This document shows positions 11,724 through 25,222 of a DNA stretch of 64,000 bases, piece after piece (position 1 is the first letter of the stretch; each line of letters begins with the position of its first letter). The translations under genes were made by a program, and so were the position numbers. Source of the stretch: Octopus bimaculoides (Eukaryota); contig NC_068981.1 of NCBI RefSeq assembly GCF_001194135.2, positions 44,870,781-44,934,780 on the forward strand, written 5' to 3'. The notes beneath the pieces were generated by a model. That model saw only the letters and a list, made by a program, of their open reading frames with translations, did no database searches and was not told the DNA's origin.

Positions 11724-13078
11724 CACCTTTAAATTTCAAAACCTTTTATTTCATACACAAAGCGAACAATTGAAATGTAATCGATAGGTAGGACTACGTA
11801 CTTTAGTATTTAGTTGACATCACCTTTGCAGTTTTTAATTCAGAAACTATTTTTGGCATTGAACTGATGAGCTTTGTGATTGTCTCTTGTGGAATTTCTG
11901 CCAACTTTTCACGGAGCAATCGAAACAATTCATCTTCAGATTTAGGTTTCTGTGGAGTTCTTCGTATAGCTCTATCAAGTATGCTCCAACGATTTTCAAT
12001 TGGGATCATGTCAGGAGATTGGCTTGGCCAAGGAAGCTTGTTGATCCCATTTTCAGTCAGCCATTGTTGATTTCTTTTCGCTGTGTTACATGGCGCCCCA
12101 TCTTATTTCTTTATTGCCCACAAGGGGCTAAACATAGAGGGGACAAACAAGGACAGACAAAGGGGTTAAGTCGATTACATCGACCCCAGTGCGTGGTACT
12201 TAATTTATCGACCCCGAAAGGATGAAAGGCAAAGTTGACCTCGGCGGAATTTGAACTCAGAACGTAACGGCAAACGAAATACCGCTAAGCATTTCGTCCG
12301 GCGTGCCATCTTCCATGAATAAAAACTCATTTGTTTATGGTTCCAGCAGATTCCATCAGCTCAGAACGACCATTGCTGGAGACAGCTTCCCATACCATTA
12401 CAGAGATACCGCCATATTTCACAGCTGGTTTGTTTAAAATCAAATTCTTGATTGGGAAACCTCCAGTCCCAAACACGTCCACTGTCTGAAAATAATGCAA
12501 ATCTGGATCCATCTGAGAAAATTACTCTATCCTAAAATGAACTGGATTTTTCTGACATCTCCTTAGCCCATTTCTTTCTTTTCATGTTATTAATTGATTG
12601 AAGGAGAGGTTTTCTTCCAGCTTCGCGTCCATAATACCTAAGCTTATGTAGATATGTAACACACGTTCTTGGACTAACTTCAAGGTGTTTTGTAATGTCC
12701 GAATCCTTCGAACGTGGTTCGTTTTCCACAATTCTCTTCAAACAGCGATGCTTCTGTTCCCAGGGGCCAGGTCAGCTAGGACGAGAATATGTTGATTCTT
12801 CTCCTTGGCGTTTGAATTGCATTATAATTCTATTAACAGTAGCAAGAGGAATTCGAAGATTTTCGGGAACTTTTCACTGGTTAATCCCAGCCTCAGATTG
12901 CCCAACAATAAGACCTCTTTGAAAATCTAATAGTTCTGCTGTACATTGTGTGCGTGGTATGGTTATCCTTCGTAAATGTTTAATATAATGGCACCTGGAA
13001 TGAAAAAGAATAATTACATTGTAAATTCTACACTACATATTAAGACGTTTAGAACAGAAATTTTGAAAATTAAAGGTG
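11724..13078 (-). mobile_element. Tc1-family (DD34E) DNA transposon relic with short TIRs
   Basis: TIRs cacctttaaatttcaaaa (11724-11741) and ttttgaaaattaaaggtg (13061-13078), with TA on the left. Minus-strand peptides: ELLDFQRGLIVG, RKPLL, VIFSDGSRF (first D), SVMVW, and after removing the SINE MEDGAPC..WPSQSPDMIPIENRW with exactly 34 residues between D and E. Several stops and a deletion. Confidence 0.92.
12105..12305 (-). mobile_element. 5'-truncated SINE family A copy inserted in the Tc1 transposase, 7-bp TSD CCATCTT
   Basis: CCATCTT at 12098-12104 and 12306-12312. The body has gaatttgaactcagaacg and atttatcgaccccgaaaggatgaaaggcaaag. Confidence 0.9.
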
Positions 13079-16000
13079 TCTATTTACTTCCTATATGTAT
13101 ATACATATATATANNNNNNNNNNNNNNNNNNNNNNNNNNNNNNNNNNNNNNNNNNNNNNNNNNNNNNNNTATATATGAAAGTTACTAGAATAACATTCTT
13201 GCTTCAGTGCAACAATTTCCTATAAGAATCAACGTCTCGGCAGGAAGTAATTCGAAGGTGGTTGTCTTAAACACAAAATGAACCAACAATCAAGAAAGCC
13301 ACATAAACAAGTGCAGATATGGAATTTCTTTCTATAGAAGAAAATGATCACATGAGAGCTGTATCAAAGGTAAAATGTCGTGGGTGACACCAGTATTCCC
13401 GCAGTTACACGTCCGAAACAAAAAGAAAAACATTATATACATGCATGTGTATACACATTTGTGTGTGTGGTGTGTATGCGTTTGTGTATACACATACTAA
13501 CACACACAAACATCAGTGCACTTTTCATGAAACAAAATATATTCTACATACGAAACATTTTTTTAGGCATAGGCCATAGTACTAATAGCATGAAATAAAT
13601 AGTCGTAGGAGAAAAAAGAAATGAAATGAAACAACAAACATATATATAATAAAAACAAAAAAATGATAGAACGATAGGATTCGGTAGAAAGTGGCAAAGC
13701 TTCATAGAAATAAGCAGCTGAAACAGGAAATTATGAGAAAGCGATATCACGGACAAGTATGCAAGCAATCGTGAATATACGTGCAGTCTAAAATAGTATG
13801 TAATGGAAATTCCATTTGCCTCATTCCATAAGGCTGATTTTTTTATAGTTCGGTGATAAGATAGTATATATTAGCTTAAGCATACCAGAAAGCGGCTAAA
13901 TGTCAATTGGCTCTGGCACATGACGTATAAATATAAGTATTAGACTGGTGAGAGTGAATAGTCGAGGTCTTTAGAACGGAAAATTCATGTTTTCTTAGTG
14001 GAATTTTACATACTTATCTAAAGTATCCCGCAAAAACGATTACTTCACAATAATCATTTTGCAATCTACCAATGTACGTGCTCATATTTTAATTGTAATA
14101 CCTATGAACGAAATATATATTTTCTTCATCAAATTTAATTCACTCACATGACAATATATGTTTGGTTCACTGTATAAGTATGTATGTATGCATGTATGTA
14201 TGTATGTATGTATGTATGTATGTATATCCGTCAATAATAGCAGATAAAATTCTGTTCGCAAGAGTTTAATCTGTAGCTGTTGTAGAGATTCATGACTGAA
14301 ATATGGTAATTCAATAGTGTTACTAGCTGCAGAGATGATATATGATTGCTTAATGGCTACATGCTTAATGTGTTATTGGCGTATATTGTAGTGAAATTAA
14401 TCAAGTAATTGACTATATATAGATACGTCATAAAACGTTCAGGTGTTGTATTCAAGAAATCCACTGATGTTTTAAAATGATATTCGATATATTTCTTGTC
14501 TTTGTTTATTTTTCTGATTTTCTTTTGATATATTGGCATATACTGGCACCATTTTTAAGCAATTTGCTTCTCGACTGGAACTGTTATTCTATAGTGTCCC
14601 TGCGAGGTTACACTGAAGATCATACGCTGAGATAAATGTCGATCACAGCCTGAGTAATATAGAAATAAAACCCGTTAACAGATTATTGGCTTTATTTCGA
14701 CATTTGTTCGTTGTTTGCGTAGGTGGAAAATATGATATTCTGTGTTTACTTCGGGTGTTTACTTGATGTTATAAGAGTATTTGTCGATAAACGAATAAAC
14801 ATCTTTATTTTTAAGTACACTACGTAGCTGAAAGCATATTTGGCGTAGTAGGAGAATCATCAAATATTTTTAATACTGGTAAATTTATATTGTTTGATTA
14901 AGCCTTGCTAATCCGATTCTCGACTTTCCACGCTTATGGAGTAATTGAAGAATCATTCACGTTAGCTAGCTACTCAGTGATAAATGTCTGTTTAATGTAA
15001 TGTATGTAATATCAAAAATGCCTCTGGAAAACAATACTATTGATATACTTGATTTTGTGACAACCATCTGTGATTGTGAATAGACGTGGAGTAAGTGCCT
15101 GATAGGCAAACGGTGCCCCCTTGTTTGTTGTACAATTGATGTACTGCTTACTTATCCTATGATTTAATGCAATATCTAAGTCCAGTATATTTAGATTCCT
15201 GTTTCTCCTTAAAAGTGTTATATTTAAAACAAATATATCACAAGTCATTGTAGCATATGTCAAATTATTGAAACTCGTATATAAAGGACTTGAAATATAT
15301 CTGAATGTTTTTAATAATCTGTTTTTGCTTAATATGGATGAGTAGGCTGAGAACAAACATAAACATAAAATTCGCATCAATCAAGGAAACGATACGTGAG
15401 ACCTCGGGTAAGTAACGGTTTGTGTATGTGTGTAGAATCCACAGTAGAGTAGCAAAAGAAGTATTTGAGTTTATTTATACAATAAATCTACGTTACGTTT
15501 CGAGCATCCCCTCGATGACATACCCTACTATTCAAAGTATAAACATACGCTCACAAATACACATACATATAAAATATCGTTTACACACACAGACACAGAC
15601 ATACACACACACACACGCACACACACACATACACACACACGCACACACACNNNNNNNNNNNNNNNNNNNNNNNNNNNNNNNNNNNNNNNNNNNNNNNNNN
15701 NNNNNNNNNNNNNNNNNNNNNNNNNNNNNNNNNNNNNNNNNNNNNNNNNNNNNNNNTATATATATATATATATGTATGTATGTTCGAAAGTTATACCATG
15801 GTGTGCAGACAGAATGACATTAGACGGTATGAAGAAACAATAACAGAAATAGCAAGAGAAATGAAAGAAGGACGTAATTGATACGTATTATCGCAAACAT
15901 ATTTCAGAATATAAAATCAAGGATATATGATTTCAAAGACAAATGCATAATGTAAATAAAGACAATTTTCTTCTCGAAAATGCAAAAATAAACTCTTCAT

Positions 16001-16345
16001 ATATATTGCTGCAAATACAAAAGTAATCCAATCAAAATAATTGTGGTTCAGAGCAGAGATAATAATCATTGCGCACATGACATGAAAGTCTTATGAATGT
16101 AATGTACGCAAAAAAATATCGATTTATTGATTGTTTCTATGTGGCTATCATACAAAAATGATCATAGATATGTTTTTCCCTTTTGTTTTGCAAGTGTAGA
16201 TGAGGTTTCTTTTTAGTAGTCTTTCCATATATGAAGGGTCATAATTCGCGATATTTAATACGTGCACAACTAGAGTAAATTATGTTAAAGTGTATTTTGT
16301 GTAAGATTGGGTGTGGTTGTGTATACATACATGTATACAAACACA

Positions 16346-16435
<90 letters not shown>

Positions 16436-18285
16436 NNNNNNNNNNTATATATAGATACATACACATACACACACATATATATACGCACACACACACACAT
16501 ATATATATATATGGATAGATAGATAGATAATATGTGTGTATATTTATCTGTGTGGGTTTGTGTGTGTGAGTATTTATATATATATATACATACATACATA
16601 CATACTTACATACATACATTCATACATATGCACATATATATTCGGTTATATAATTTCTTATATGCTTTATTACTGTTTGCTTCATTCGTCGTGATTATTG
16701 TTGTTCTAATCATCTAATCTTCATATGCTTGCTTTTATGGTAGGTTGGATGGAATGTACAATTGTGCCGGGATTATGAAAAAATAACAGTAAATAGTGAA
16801 AGTCTGTAGTGCATTATTTACATAATGATTTAAGTGATTTTCTATGTTTCGACTACTTTGAGATTTTTATACACGTATATAGTAAATGTTCTATTTTTAT
16901 ATCATTCTATAACTTTTAACTTTGTTTTTCACTTCTGTAACAAGTGTAAGATGCTGTCTGTGCATATCTATATTCGAAAAAAAAAATGTCTTAGACCACA
17001 TCTCCTCACTTGAAGAGATCCACCGTTATATGTACTTACTCGGGCTCAAATCGAAATTTCATTTCATTAAACTTATCATTTCTCAGGCTGACTTCAGCAA
17101 ATTACAATACTCTGGCAACTAACATTATTTGAGACCTGGTTAGATCTTCACTGGTTGTAGTGGACCTAATTTTCATACATATTTGTATCATTTATTTTTG
17201 TTTTGTCCTTTTCTTTTTCAATTCATGTTTTAGGCTTCGGAGATGCACTCTGTTTTTGTCTCTATAAATCCGTGTTCTTTTTATTAGTTATTTGTTTAAA
17301 AATTAGTAAAAATAACAAAAAAAAAACAATACTGAACGTATGACGAATGTTCCGTTTGACAAATATCGTTGTGTTTTAAGCAGGAACGTTTCGAAGAAAT
17401 ATTTACAAATGAAAACATAAATAAAAGTTTCGCAATAACTGCAAACTGATTAAATAAATAAAGGAATCAAAACAAAATAGAATTGCCTTATCATATGCAA
17501 AACATATCTGGATCAAAGCTGGAGCCGAGAACCTTGCTATTGCATCTTAGTTTCGTATCTTACACAACACACACCACTAATGGGATACAATGCTGCAGAA
17601 TACATTGAATTGACATAACTATCCAAATCTAAATTAGGGATAATTTAGTTACAGGTATATGAGAGTTTTAACACTCCTACACAGTAAATTAGGTCATCAA
17701 ACGTGAGTATGTAGAACCTTGCAATGGGTCTCAGGAATGTAAATTGCGACTATACGCTTGCCTATGCCAATCCACACAATCTTCATTCAACACCATTCAA
17801 ACGGTTATTGTAAAGTCCGTCCACTCAAAATAATCTTATAAGTGATCAAATTATTAGTTCCAACATATTATTCTGTATGTTTAACGCAGTATACATCGCA
17901 TATATCTGGATATGGAAATCAGCAGATCACTTGATCTAAATTTAGAGAGACCCGATATAATGACGTTTTATGTTCACAGGATAGAAATATAATTAAGATA
18001 ATATAAACGGCAGAAATGCAACCAGTAATAACAGAATAAACACAAGAGTGATGTTTACAGAAATCAAAACACATTAGCATCACTAAATATGTAGCATAAA
18101 TCAAAGTATAAAAAACAAAAATCCCACCAAAAATTTCAAAGATTTATATATCGTTGTCGACGTATTCGTCTTAACCATCGCATGGTTCTAATATTTTTGT
18201 ATGTGTCAGCGTCTCAGACTGTGACGAAGCATTTTTATCCATCAATAGGAAAGGTATATTGAGACCATCACGTAATGCGTTGGCA

Positions 18286-19075
18286 GAATATATGATTCCT
18301 AACCTCTCCCTTATATTAGGGAACAAAAATCAGGTGATCCTTCGCAAAATACATACTAATGGTGTTGTGCATCATCAATGCAATGTATGCATTAGACACT
18401 TCGCTCGAGAAAGGCTTCCACTCAGTTCACTCCTGAGTAAGAATGGCCACACTGCTTGCAAGCTCTTCTTAATTTCTATCCATTTTTAGGTTTCTCCAGA
18501 ACCAGACTGCGAGCATATTCACCGGTGATAGAAATCACTAATGACCGATATGCTTGCATCTCAATATGCTTTGTAGCACGTAGTTATTGATCTGAATTTT
18601 TCTATTACTTCCCTTTTGTTTGGGTTCTTCATTCTCAATTTAAACCCTGCCTGGTTCACACAAAGTAAAAATGCTCCAAGCCGATAGACGGTTTCATAGT
18701 TCTTTTAATTTCCTATCCGGTGGTTGCGGAATATCATTCCGGTAGTGCTCAATATCCGGTGTTTTAGGTCCACTGTTCTACAAAAACTTTTCGGTGTTAT
18801 GGCTAAAACTCTATACTCATTTGTTGTGAATCGGAGAAAAGACACTTTCTAAGGTCTATCTTAACTCAAATGTTAACCTTGTAGCAATGACGTGCCTACA
18901 CCTTTCATGTGTATGGAAGGTTTTTTTTTATACCTTCTCGTCTCAGATTGCGATTCCCAGATAACGCAATCACTGTGTCTCACGTCAAAAAATGGCTGAT
19001 AGCTTCATTTCTCTTGTATCATGACTTTGAGGTAACTCCTCTATGAGGCTTTTCTAAGGGCTGACTCGTTTCGCT
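18286..19075 (+). pseudogene. Candidate decayed class A GPCR pseudogene (frameshifted)
   Basis: Motifs in order: YMIPNLSLILGN (18289-18324), GHTACKLF (18445-18468), shifted-frame ITNDRYACI (DRY at 18543-18551), hydrophobic ITSLLFGFFILNLNPAWF, IIPVVLN (18733), TQML, NSSM (19034). Spacings are imperfect and the match is by eye. Confidence 0.35.
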
Positions 19076-20216
19076 TCTACTCACTGTTCCCTACAGAAGT
19101 TTCTCTGTCTTTTCCTTTATTTGTATCACAAATTCATGCTATAAGTGGCCAGCTGCAACAATATGTGTACAAATTAAACTAAATATATGTACTAGCCTGA
19201 AAAAACATATTTGAATATTAAACGACCACACAGCCCACTACACGTTAACCATGTAAACAATAGTGCAGTAGGAAAAGCGAGGACAAACATTTCAGACAAT
19301 CAGAAATGTCTGAGACATTATACAAGGATTTGTCACCTCGATGTCCTATCTTCCATTTAATCTACTTCGCAAATTAACAATGAAGAATACGATGTTCTGA
19401 AGAATTCTCCTGGCATTTAATGACATCCAGAAGCGTGCTCCAGTCTGAGCATTAATGAGTGCTCGTCTGAAGTCTCTACTCTCGCTTTCAATGCTGCTCA
19501 CGTACGTCCGTGAGGGCCAACTTACCTGTTGTGTGTAAGAAAACTGTGTTCAGCTTACATCTAGTCCTTTACAAAACAACCAGGCTGACTAAAGAGCATT
19601 TACACCTTCAAACTGTACGTTTACTTGTCTATCAAGAAACCTGAATAGTTTTCACATATTAGTTTGATAACAATAAAGAATGAATCTAGTGCAAAAAAAA
19701 TATACACATGCACAAATAATTAATTCTGCATTTATGAAATGCACACGGACGTTTGCTGAGTTATGCAATTTAAGCAGACAACTAAAACGAAAATGACGAA
19801 TTCTTAATAATAAACTGATGAACATATATGGAACATGCTTTTTTTTCCAGGGGAATAGATCAATGCATGTCACACAATGGAAGTAACCATATCACAAAGA
19901 AAAGCAAAATAGAAAACAATAGAATTGACAATACAAACCTATATAAAGTGAATCAGAGGTAAGTTAGAAGCACAGAAGTATATGCTCAATATTCAACAGC
20001 TTGTATGTCTGAAATATATCCGGTGCATGCAATGGTACACGCTGCTGAACATTTAATAAAAATAATCATGCGGATGAAAGCCTTGGTGGTCAGAAACTTT
20101 GATTATGGAACTAAAACTGGAGTCGTATGGTCTTGTATTCGTCCATACCCATGTCCAAGTCGACATTGATGAGACTGCCATATCATTGAATCCATTTTAA
20201 TATTAACAAACATAAA

Positions 20217-20413
20217 GGCGGCGAACTGGCAGAACCGTTAACTTGCCTCAGAAAATGCTTTGCAGTATTTCGTCCGTCATTAGATCTGAGTTCAAATTCC
20301 ACCGAGGCTGATTTGCTTCCATCCATCCCTTGTCGACAAATAAGTATCAGTTAAACAATGAATTCAATATCTTCCAAAAATTTTGACCTTGTACCACAAT
20401 TTGAAACCTATAT
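20217..20413 (+). mobile_element. SINE family A copy
   Basis: ggcggcgaactggcagaaccgtta...tctgagttcaaattccaccgagg...gtcgacaaataagtatcag...ccttgtaccacaatttgaaacc. Confidence 0.8.
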
Positions 20414-20989
20414 TAACGAACCTTATTTTCTCTTTAGTGTACTGTTATTTTCAGAAAACAATCTTGACACAAGCATACTTCTGGGAAGGTACATCGTGGT
20501 TTGTGATAGATTTATTTTAAGATATTTCTTGCTATTTTTGACTCCTCATTAGATAACACAATATGCAGTAGTTTGCTCAAACAATTTTAAATTGATAAAT
20601 ATAGTTGCAGGAATATCCATTGAAATGATCGGTCTTCTCATTAATTTCACAGAATCAAGTGTTTATGGACACCCCGCCAACGTTTTGATGTTATCGTATA
20701 CAAGAATTATAACGAACCATCAAATGATCGTGTAGAACACACGTGTAGCAAATTGCTTTGTCGCACAATGGGGCACTAGCGAAGAAAAATACAATGAGTA
20801 ATAGACAGAAAATATGTTAGTGTAAATATGTATCGATAGGTTTAGGGTGATAGTGACAAGGACAAAGAGAGGGAAATGAAAGATTCCACGTAGATGACAA
20901 AGAAATCAAATACAATAAAAAAAAGGTTTATATTGTTCCTAAGGATTCTGCTACTTCTTAATTTAGCAGTCCTACTGCCACCGCTGCTT

Positions 20990-21210
20990 CTGTTGTTATT
21001 GCTGCTGATAATGTCAGTGTTGGTGGTAGTGGTGGTAGTGGAGGTGGTGGTGGTGGTGGTGATTATACGGGTGATGATGTGGATGCTGCTGATGAAAACG
21101 GTGATATCACCGACGACGATGATAATGGTGATGATGATAATGGTGATGATGATAATGGTGATGATGATAATGGTGATGATGATAATGATTACGACGACGA
21201 CGAAGACGAT
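20990..21210. repeat. Compound trinucleotide microsatellite (GTG/GAT/ACG)
   Basis: Direct reading; includes four tandem copies of gataatggtgatgat at 21121-21180. Confidence 0.9.
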
Positions 21211-21439
21211 GCAAAGTAAAGATACAAAGATTGGGCAACAGTTTAAAATCAGTATAAGAAAAACGAAAAGTAAATCATACAAAAATCTAGTACACAGTAA
21301 AAGGCTTGTATTTTCTATAATTTTCTTCGTAATTTGCTCATATTATGCGATTTATCACATTCCATATATGTATACACATCTATCTATCAAACTATGTATG
21401 TATGTATATATGTATGTATGTATCTATCTATCTATCTAT

Positions 21440-21474
<35 letters not shown>

Positions 21475-21863
21475 NNNNNNNNNNNNNNNNNNNNNNNNNN
21501 NNNNNNNNNNNNNNNNNNNNNNNNNNNNNNNNNNNNNNNNNNNNNNNNNNNNNNNNNNNNNNNNNNNNNNNNNNNNNNNNNNNNNNNNNNNNNNNNNNNN
21601 NNNNNNNNNNNNNNNNNNNNNNNNNNNNNNNNNNNNNNNNNNNNNNNNNNNNNNNNNNNNNNNNNNNNNNNNNNNNNNNNNNNNNNNNNNNNNNNNNNNN
21701 NNNNNNNNNNNNNNNNNNNNNNNNNNNNNNNNNNNNNNNNNNNNNNNNNNNNNNNNNNNNNNNNNNNNNNNNNNNNNNNNNNNNNNNNNNNNNNNNNNNN
21801 NNNNAAATATATACATAGATTTGTATACATCTATCTATCTTTATATCTCGCTATCTGTCTATA

Positions 21864-21963
<100 letters not shown>

Positions 21964-22374
21964 CATACGCATATGTATAAATGTATGTATGTATATATGT
22001 ACCTATGCATGTATGTATTCTGTCATCAAATGAATTATATATTTTTTATAGAGTTTTATATTTACGTATTCATTTGTATGATTGTTCATTTATTTGTAAT
22101 CCTACTGGTATATTTTCTGCTACAGTAAAGCAGTAATAGGAAATCAGTATTCAACTCTATAGAGAATATTGCAGCTATTGTAATATAGCACAGATGATAT
22201 GAATGCTTTTTCTCGTTTTCATTCAGATTTGCATTCAACACTCTAACAACAATGAGTAAAACGTTCACTTTGCATGAATACGATTCTAAAGGAAAATCTC
22301 AATGATAGAGAAAATGAAGTGACTTCATGCACGATAGAAAAATGCAGCGAGAGAGGCAATACACACAAAACAGA

Positions 22375-22423
22375 GAGACAGGCAGACATACAGACATACA
22401 GATAGGCAGACAGACAGATAGAG

Positions 22424-22472
<49 letters not shown>

Positions 22473-22506
22473 TATAGATAGATAGATAGATAAGTAGGTA
22501 GGTAGG

Positions 22507-22559
<53 letters not shown>

Positions 22560-22565
22560 GGATAG
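22375..22565. repeat. (GACA)/(GATA)n microsatellite
   Basis: Direct reading. Confidence 0.95.
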
Positions 22566-24371
22566 AAAACTGATTGATTGAAACGTAGAAAAATAGGCTA
22601 GATAGGATTATACATAACGTAATGCCTTAAAAGAAGGTATGTTGGGAGACGCGTATAAAGAAGTGCACGTACAAAAACAAATAACAATATTGAGAGCAAT
22701 AGAAAATTGTAAATATTTGAATAGGAATATAGAGAAAAGTAATATGGAAGTCATAAGCGAATGTCTGCCAACACTATAGGTTGAGGTAACGTTGAAAATG
22801 GATACGGAGTATGAATCATAAATTATTCAAACAAGAATATACATACACAATGGCAAAACACACACACCCACACACATACGCACACACACACACACAATAA
22901 CACATATACATATAAATATACACACACAGAAACATTTATAGATGTTACATTTGGAACTGTGTGGTACTGTTTGCGTCTGGACGTGTGTTGATGTGTATTA
23001 TGCGTGTTATATATGAATCAGTGCTGGGGGAAAAGAGAGAGTATACAAGACAATGTGAGAGAAGAAAATGAATAGGACAAATATCAATTGAAATATTCCC
23101 TTATATTTACACAGAAATATTTTCACGTTTCAATATAGCAAACCTATTGGAAATAATAATGGTATAAATCATCTATTTGTATTGCTTGAAGATAAAAGTA
23201 AACTGCATTGTAAGAGATACATGTAGTAAATATCTGTTAAATGATAGAGCAAAGAAACGATCTTCTTTATTGCTAACAGGAAGAAGTAATAGTCATAAAC
23301 CATTAGACTCCAAGATCTTCCTTGTGGCTGCACAATAAAACGACTGAATAATTTTACATGAATTTGGTGGAATTAACGGTGTTGGTTTACTGAAAGACGA
23401 CACGCTTTTTGATCTTTCAGAGAAAATTAGAATGAATAACATTCTAGAAGATTTCTAGTGTGCAACTTATAATATTTGCAATAAAATTCCACATGTTGCC
23501 GCATACATTTGTTTGAATTTAATAAGTTTGTCTAATAGGGTAAGCGCATTTACAAATTATGTCCATATATACCAAAGGAATTTTAAGAACTTGCCATTTG
23601 TTTAGGATTTCTACATGAACAAGTGTATGAGGTACCAAGGCACAAGCTGTTGCTAGTCTTATTGACGTTATTATCGCATAAATGAATTTCAAACTAAATC
23701 CATTTCAGAGTATCAACTTAATGGTGGACTGGCGAGTAGAATATCGGTGAGAATCTCTTACTCTGTTTATATGCATCAAATTCCATTTATTTACTTAGTT
23801 ATTTGTCTATTCATTCATTCATTATGGATGTTTGTATTCTGATTACTTATATCATTTTAGCTGAAAACAGCATTCATCCTAAAACAGTTAAAATAAAATA
23901 GGGGAAAAAACACACATGCGTCGATTTTTATTAAAATGGTTCATTGTGGATTTCGATGGAATTCTAATACACCATTAAAAACATTTATCTTTCGAAGGAT
24001 ATGAAATAAGATTGCGTGCTAAATTAGAAAAGGATACATATTCTTAATACGTACTCTGTGTCAACGAACCACATGTGAAGAGCAATGTATTTCTCCGGCT
24101 GCGTATCTTTTATCTTCCATTTCTTTCGGTCATTAGACCATGCAGGGTCACAGCCTAGAAGAACTTTAGTCGAACAAATCAGTCCCAAATATCTAACATT
24201 TTTTTTCAATTTGGTACCTACTCGATTACTCTGTTTTGCAGAACCGCTAAATTACAAGGATGTAATTGCAACGAGCACCGGTGGTTAAGTGGTCGTGGGG
24301 GGCCAAATACAGACGCACACACACGCTCACATACACACGCACACACCCACGCATACATATTCCACAGCATT

Positions 24372-24438
24372 GTTTCGGTCTACGTATACCAAATCCACTC
24401 ACAAGGATTTGGTCGACCCAAGGCTATTGTAGAAAACA
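24372..24438 (-). mobile_element. SINE family B internal fragment
   Basis: accaaatccactcacaaggatttggtcgacccaaggctattgtagaa is the near reverse complement of 53535-53580. Confidence 0.75.
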
Positions 24439-25155
24439 TCATACAACTACACCTCTATATACAACTAGCATTGGAGGTATAAGATTCTCCGTACGAATCC
24501 TAATTAATTAGTTGTTACGCAATGATATTGCAGAATTAATCAAAGTGGATGTCTTTCAGTATCGACACTATGTGACACGATATGTGTATATGTTGGCAGT
24601 TATTGCAGTGACTGTCATTACCTTGACTTTTTTTCATCGTTACCGTGACAGTATCACCAATTTCTAAGAACCACATGATCTAATGTGAACTTGCACAAAG
24701 CTGTGACAGCAAATTCTGAACTCTGGTGATTTCTGAGTTAGTATACCACAAAAGGACTATTTCTTAAAGTGTCAGTGCTCTTAGGTTTCCTTTTATATCG
24801 TGCCTTTGATTTTATTGGCCTTTAAAATGACATGCGGAAAACATATCATTAATAATAATGCAAAATAGTAGAAGGAGGAGCAGCTGATGTAACGCTTACT
24901 TTTATATCAGCAAATTATTACTTATCAGAAATATGCTTCGTGTGAATCGCCGTGAGGACTGACAAAACTATGCAACTTATTGGTTCCGACGGGACTGATT
25001 AACGTTTCGCAAGGTAAATATGTTGTGTGTAGTTTACAACTACAAATATATAAATGTTCATAGTTATGTGTATGTGTGTGTGTCTGTGTGTATATGTGTA
25101 TGTCTGTGTGTGTATGTGTATATATATATATCCCTACATACATTTATATACCTAC

Positions 25156-25222
<67 letters not shown>

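Noticed and set aside
11866-11890. Other CTGATGA occurrences (also near 33100, 40985, 42378, 45058, 53448, 62818)
   Set aside because: None is followed by a stem II, GAAA and NUH arrangement.
15012-15380. 122-aa minus-strand ORF
   Set aside because: No recognisable motif; the length is within chance expectation.
19520-19640. Strong minus-strand donor consensus CAG|GTAAGT
   Set aside because: All frames of the putative exon contain stops and nothing links it to a gene; a UTR exon cannot be supported from sequence alone.
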